Positions 63,414 through 64,000 of a DNA stretch of 64,000 bases are shown here, in pieces. The number at the start of each line of letters is the position of its first letter. Position 1 is the stretch's first letter. Source of the stretch: an uncultured delta proteobacterium. Lineage in GTDB: Bacteria; Desulfobacterota; BSN033; UBA1163. The translations under genes and the position numbers were made by a program. The stretch covers positions 1 to 64,000 of the forward strand of contig CAVPSJ010000006.1 in assembly GCA_963708295.1 (NCBI GenBank), in the 5' to 3' direction. The notes beneath the pieces are model-generated. The model was not told the origin of the DNA. It made no database searches and was given only the letters and a program-made list of their open reading frames with translations.

Positions 63414-64000
63414 ATGCGAATGATCGATACCCACTTCCACATCGGCGTCATCCCCCATGAATGGCAGCATATCCTCGGGCTCTGTGAATTGGACACGGTG
63501 ATCGTTCCCTCGGATCAGATGATTCCCGACTACTCTACCCTGGACATGGTGAAGGACCATTATGACCGGATCCTCACGGAAAAAACTGAAAATGCCCATG
63601 ACTTTGGGATATTCAACGTCTTTCTGGCTGTCACTTATCCTATGTGGGGACTCCCCGTGACCTTGCTGGACAAAGGCATCGATCTCATGGAACAGTATAT
63701 CGGAAAACCTCGGGTCGTGGGCGTTGGCGAGGCAGGAATGGATACGGTGACCGTTGAGCACGAGGAGGTCGTTTTCAAGGCAATGGTCGCGTTTGCCAAG
63801 GCGCATCATGTGCCGATTATCGTCCACACCCCGCCCCCGCGCCATTCGCCCTATCTTGGTCGTGAGAAAACCGATTATGACAAACGAAAGGTGATGGAAC
63901 GGATAATCAAAATTCTTGTCACTTCCGGAATCGATCCCAAGAAGGTAATCCTCGACCATATGAACAAGGAAACCCTTGAGATGGCCTGGGGCTATGGTTC
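63414..64000 (+). CDS. TatD-like metallohydrolase, runs off the window
   Basis: MIDTHFH, VVGVGEAGMD, PIIVHTP, VILDH; AGAGG RBS. Confidence 0.82.
   Translation, partial: MRMIDTHFHIGVIPHEWQHILGLCELDTVIVPSDQMIPDYSTLDMVKDHYDRILTEKTENAHDFGIFNVFLAVTYPMWGLPVTLLDKGIDLMEQYIGKPRVVGVGEAGMDTVTVEHEEVVFKAMVAFAKAHHVPIIVHTPPPRHSPYLGREKTDYDKRKVMERIIKILVTSGIDPKKVILDHMNKETLEMAWGYG

Overview
64-kb chromosomal window of a moderately GC-rich bacterium; gene content and style suggest a Desulfobacterota/Deltaproteobacteria-like lineage (inference). Mostly housekeeping genes: tRNA-Leu(TAA), an LVIVD protein plus branched-chain-type ABC transporter, ilvD, larA, a diheme cytochrome c, tRNA-Cys/Gly, pgsA, slt, tolC-like, GT9, M23, GalT-like, trmFO, acyl-CoA synthetase, iorAB, radical SAMs, topA-dprA-LysM, polyprenyl synthase, trxA, tlpA, FlhG-like ATPase, amrS, GT2/DUF4922, lepA-hemW, a DEAD-box helicase and a TatD-like hydrolase. 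Single-base frameshifts in topA, iorAB, DUF763 and a PHP protein look like long-read indel errors. No CRISPR array, integrase, transposase or reverse transcriptase was seen. The most interesting signals are non-coding: (1) a dispersed ~163-nt rod-like structured element in two full copies and one partial copy that I cannot assign to a known family; (2) several families of palindromic, heptamer-repeat and MITE-like elements, some nested, one inserted in frame in a gene; (3) a helicase cassette bracketed by a diverged duplicate of the hemW 3' end; (4) recurrent leaderless promoters; (5) an in-frame amber codon in an otherwise intact SDR. All calls are by eye; no searches were run.
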